DNA of 63,560 nucleotides, filler included, from Reclinomonas americana ATCC 50394 (lineage: Eukaryota), in the NCBI GenBank assembly GCA_048213135.1. It is 15 parts of 15 records of this genome, joined end to end, with 100 filler letters (N's around TTAATTAATTAA, not from the genome) between each part and the next. Parts side by side here need not be neighbours in the genome. Positions count along the whole stretch, not along the records: positions 60,790 to 63,560 come from AFZH01018860.1; 14 more parts are not named here. The stretch is one strand, 5' to 3'. The notes beneath the pieces are model-generated. The model was not told the DNA's origin, made no database searches, and was given only the letters and a program-made list of their open reading frames with translations. The position numbers were made by a program, and so were the translations under genes. Numbering within the stretch: the stretch's first letter is position 1; each line of letters opens with the position of its first letter. Below, piece after piece: positions 60,961 through 63,560 of this stretch.

Positions 60961-62237
60961 ATGCGCAGTCTCTGTTTGTCTTGGCTCACCATGGCAAACG
61001 CAAACTTGAAGTGTCGGTGTGCGGGTTGCTCGCGCCGGAGTATGACAAACCGTGCAAGTTGTGAGTGGCTTCGGGCACCCTTTTGCTTCCCCCAACGATG
61101 AACAGGTTGTGTTTGATTGCACGCACTTCTGCTGGAGCTGCGCGTGGAGTGCATGCGCAGGAAATGCAGTTCCAATACGATTTTTGATCGAAATCGCGCG
61201 TTTTGTTGCATTGTCTTCAAAGAAGCAAAGCCAGGGCATGGCCATGCCACTCGTGAACTGAATAGCTCAGGTTCTTCAACGCAGAGCAGTCGAATTCCTT
61301 GAGAGCACTGTGCAACTTTGAATTTCTTTTTTCTGTTTCGCAGCTTCTCCGACTCGCCCATCATGCCCTGAGTCACTGCATAGCTGGGCTCTCACCCATC
61401 ACTAAAAACCCCTCGCCACACCTCAGACAGCCTCGCAGAGACAAGCAAGCATTTCTTTTTGAAATGCTCCGCCGCCTTCCCCATTTCCCTCTCTCCATCG
61501 CTCTCAGACCCTTCCTCGCCCACCCACTCGCTGACAGCACACTGAACTCTCATCTCCGTCACCGCCCATCTCTCGCCACACCTCCAAAGACCTCGAAAAA
61601 TCAATGCCCACTCCTCCCCCCTTCCCTGCGCACAACCAGCGCCTTCCTAGGCCTCTCGCCCACCCACCCGCTCCCTGAGCTCTCACCCTCATCAATCCTC
61701 CTTCTCGGTCTCAGGCGCGCGCCCTTCTCTCGAGCTCTCGCCCACTCCCTCGCTGCAAACCCAGCGCTCCTACGACCTCACAGAGCTTGTCTCTTCCCTT
61801 ATTCCCTGCACCTTCCCCTTCGCCCACCCACTTGCTGAAAGCCACTGTGTTCTCATCTTCATCGCCACCAATCCCCACACGATAGAGTCGAACCGCGTTC
61901 CGCGCCACTTAACTCACCCACCGCCTCCTCCCCACCTCACATCCAACAATCTCAGAGTCTGACTTCCTTTGTTTCTTCCATTGATCCCATCTCGCACTCA
62001 GCGCCTCCCACAACCTCACAGAGCCGCACCGCCTTCCCAAGTTCCCCTGCGCCACCCACCCCTCCCTCCCCTCTCCCTGCCGTCTTCTCCACCTTTTCCC
62101 ACCTCCCTCTCCTTCCCCTTCCCCCTTCCCCCTCCCCTTCCCCCTCCCTGTCCCTCCCTCTTTTTCTCCATCAACCTCACACTTCAATCCTCCCTTTCCC
62201 TCAAACCTCCCTTTCCCCATTTCCCTTCCCCTGTGCC

Positions 62238-63284
62238 TCAGCGCACATCCAACGCCTTCCTTGCCTCCTTGACCATCTCCCAGCACACGCCGAGCAACAA
62301 CACATGCTTCACCGTGTGCCCGCTGACCAAATGGACCGTGGCGGCATACACGAAACGGTCGGCGACATCGGCGACCAGCGCCGCCACAAACAGCGCCACC
62401 ATGCGCAGCAGCGAGCGCGTGCTAAAGATGTGCGGGTGCCGCTGCACGTGCAACATGACGTCCTCGTACTCCCGCGGCCGCCGCGCCGCGTACGCATCCC
62501 CATGATCGGCAATGCTGCTGCTGTAGTTGTCGGCGAGGCGCCGATGCGCGTGCCGGTGGCGCGGAAAGAGGAGCAGCGTGAGGAGCACGACAATGGGCGT
62601 GCCAAACTCCACCAGGCTGTACGACCGCGTGTCGCCGTGACCCTCCAGCTCGGTGCGATGCCAGCGCCAGGCGGTCCACACGCCGGCAATCGCCAGCGGC
62701 GAGATGAGGATCTTACCGAGGCGATAGTCGACACGATCGCCCGTCACCACCGTGAGAAACGCACCAAAGGTGACGCTGGCAAACAGGCGCGTCCAGTACA
62801 GGCGCTCATTGTCGGGCGCCGTGTGGTACACCATCGAGGCGACGCAATTGGCGGCCATGGCGGCAAAGAGCACCATCAGCGGCCAGCGCAACTCATACGC
62901 CGCCACGAGAAAGCGCGTCGGATGCAACGGATCAATACCCTCGCTGCCGCGCAGCAGCTGCACGCGCTTGTACACCACACTGCTGTACTGCCAGGCGATC
63001 CACAAGCCCCAGGCGGCGAGCAGCAAGCGCGGAAACGAGGTGGCAACGTTGAGAAAGTGCGGGAGTCCGAGAAACGCCCGCTGGTCCACAAAGTCGTGGT
63101 AGGTGGCCGGAAGCGGTTTCGGCGAGAAGAGGAGCCAGGTGGCGCCCGCGAGAACCGTGCAGGCGCCGGCCAGCAACGCGCAACGTGTCTCAAACGGCAC
63201 AAATCGCTGCGTGTTAACGACGACTTGGCCAACTACGGCCGGAAGTGCTCGTAGGCGAGCGGACGAGGGCAGTCGAAGGTGCAT
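62238..63284 (-). CDS. Intronless CREST-superfamily 'alkaline phytoceramidase (aPHC)-like' membrane protein
   Basis: YHDFVDQRAFLGLPHFLNV, SMVYHTAPDNERLYWTRL, GDTRSY, VSGHTVKH; uninterrupted ORF. Confidence 0.82.
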   Translation of the reverse strand: MHLRLPSSARLRALPAVVGQVVVNTQRFVPFETRCALLAGACTVLAGATWLLFSPKPLPATYHDFVDQRAFLGLPHFLNVATSFPRLLLAAWGLWIAWQYSSVVYKRVQLLRGSEGIDPLHPTRFLVAAYELRWPLMVLFAAMAANCVASMVYHTAPDNERLYWTRLFASVTFGAFLTVVTGDRVDYRLGKILISPLAIAGVWTAWRWHRTELEGHGDTRSYSLVEFGTPIVVLLTLLLFPRHRHAHRRLADNYSSSIADHGDAYAARRPREYEDVMLHVQRHPHIFSTRSLLRMVALFVAALVADVADRFVYAATVHLVSGHTVKHVLLLGVCWEMVKEARKALDVR

Positions 63285-63560
63285 TCTCCTCCTCGAGCTC
63301 GAGCAATGATGATGAGGATGGAGAAAAGAGACAACAGAATCAGATGGGGACAAGACTCGCCATGATGCAGTGCGTGAGTGAGTGGGAGGGAAGAAGGAGA
63401 GGGAGAGAAGGGTGGCGCGACACAGGCACAGCAAGCGCGCCAACGTCGTGTGCGTCCCATTTGTGTCCTCCTTGTCTTGCACACACACGCGCGCGCGCAC
63501 ATGGCATATCGTGGTGGTTACTATGGTGGTGGAGGTGGAGGAGGAGGAGGTGGCGCAGGT

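Noticed and set aside
61000..61330. Possible snRNA (ATTGCAC and GATTTTTGA words); similar Sm-like word at ~2553
   Set aside because: No U1/U2/U4/U5 5' motifs or correct spacing seen; an Infernal search would settle it.
1..63560. Stop-codon reassignment or widespread pseudogenes, suggested by fragmented ORFs
   Set aside because: The interruptions I examined resolve as GT/GC-AG introns, and TAA, TAG and TGA all end genes.

Overview
This is GC-rich, gene-dense eukaryotic (protist-like) nuclear DNA. It consists of 15 contigs joined by 14 artificial 100-nt linkers (N44-TTAATTAATTAA-N44); several genes continue across linkers, so these behave as scaffold gaps. Genes are split by many short (~55-80 nt) spliceosomal introns, so the supplied ORF track shows only fragments; I rebuilt exon chains by eye. 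Contents: tRNA-Leu(CAA) and about 26 protein genes or fragments, including a PQ-loop transporter, PP4R3/SMEK, TLC protein, F-box protein, M14 carboxypeptidase, EXD3/Mut-7, two LRR proteins, striatin, symplekin, HugZ/GluTRBP-like, WD40, TDP2-like, TPR protein, anoctamin, makorin, VPS26, VPS54, RRM protein, ArfGAP-PH, MATE and an aPHC/CREST-like protein. The main finding is an abundant second class of 5' splice site. About 31 donors read GTTGCG (plus one GTTGAG and one GTTACG), which is the usual GTGCG/GTGAG/GTACG donor shifted 1 nt downstream. They lack +5G and almost always lack exonic -1G. Shifted-register sites of this kind are rare exceptions in humans but appear to be a major class here. 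Also notable are a possible F-box + ClpS-like fusion, a tRNA 28 nt upstream of a start codon, GC-AG introns and micro-exons. All exon structures and domain calls are manual and need RNA-seq or HMM confirmation.
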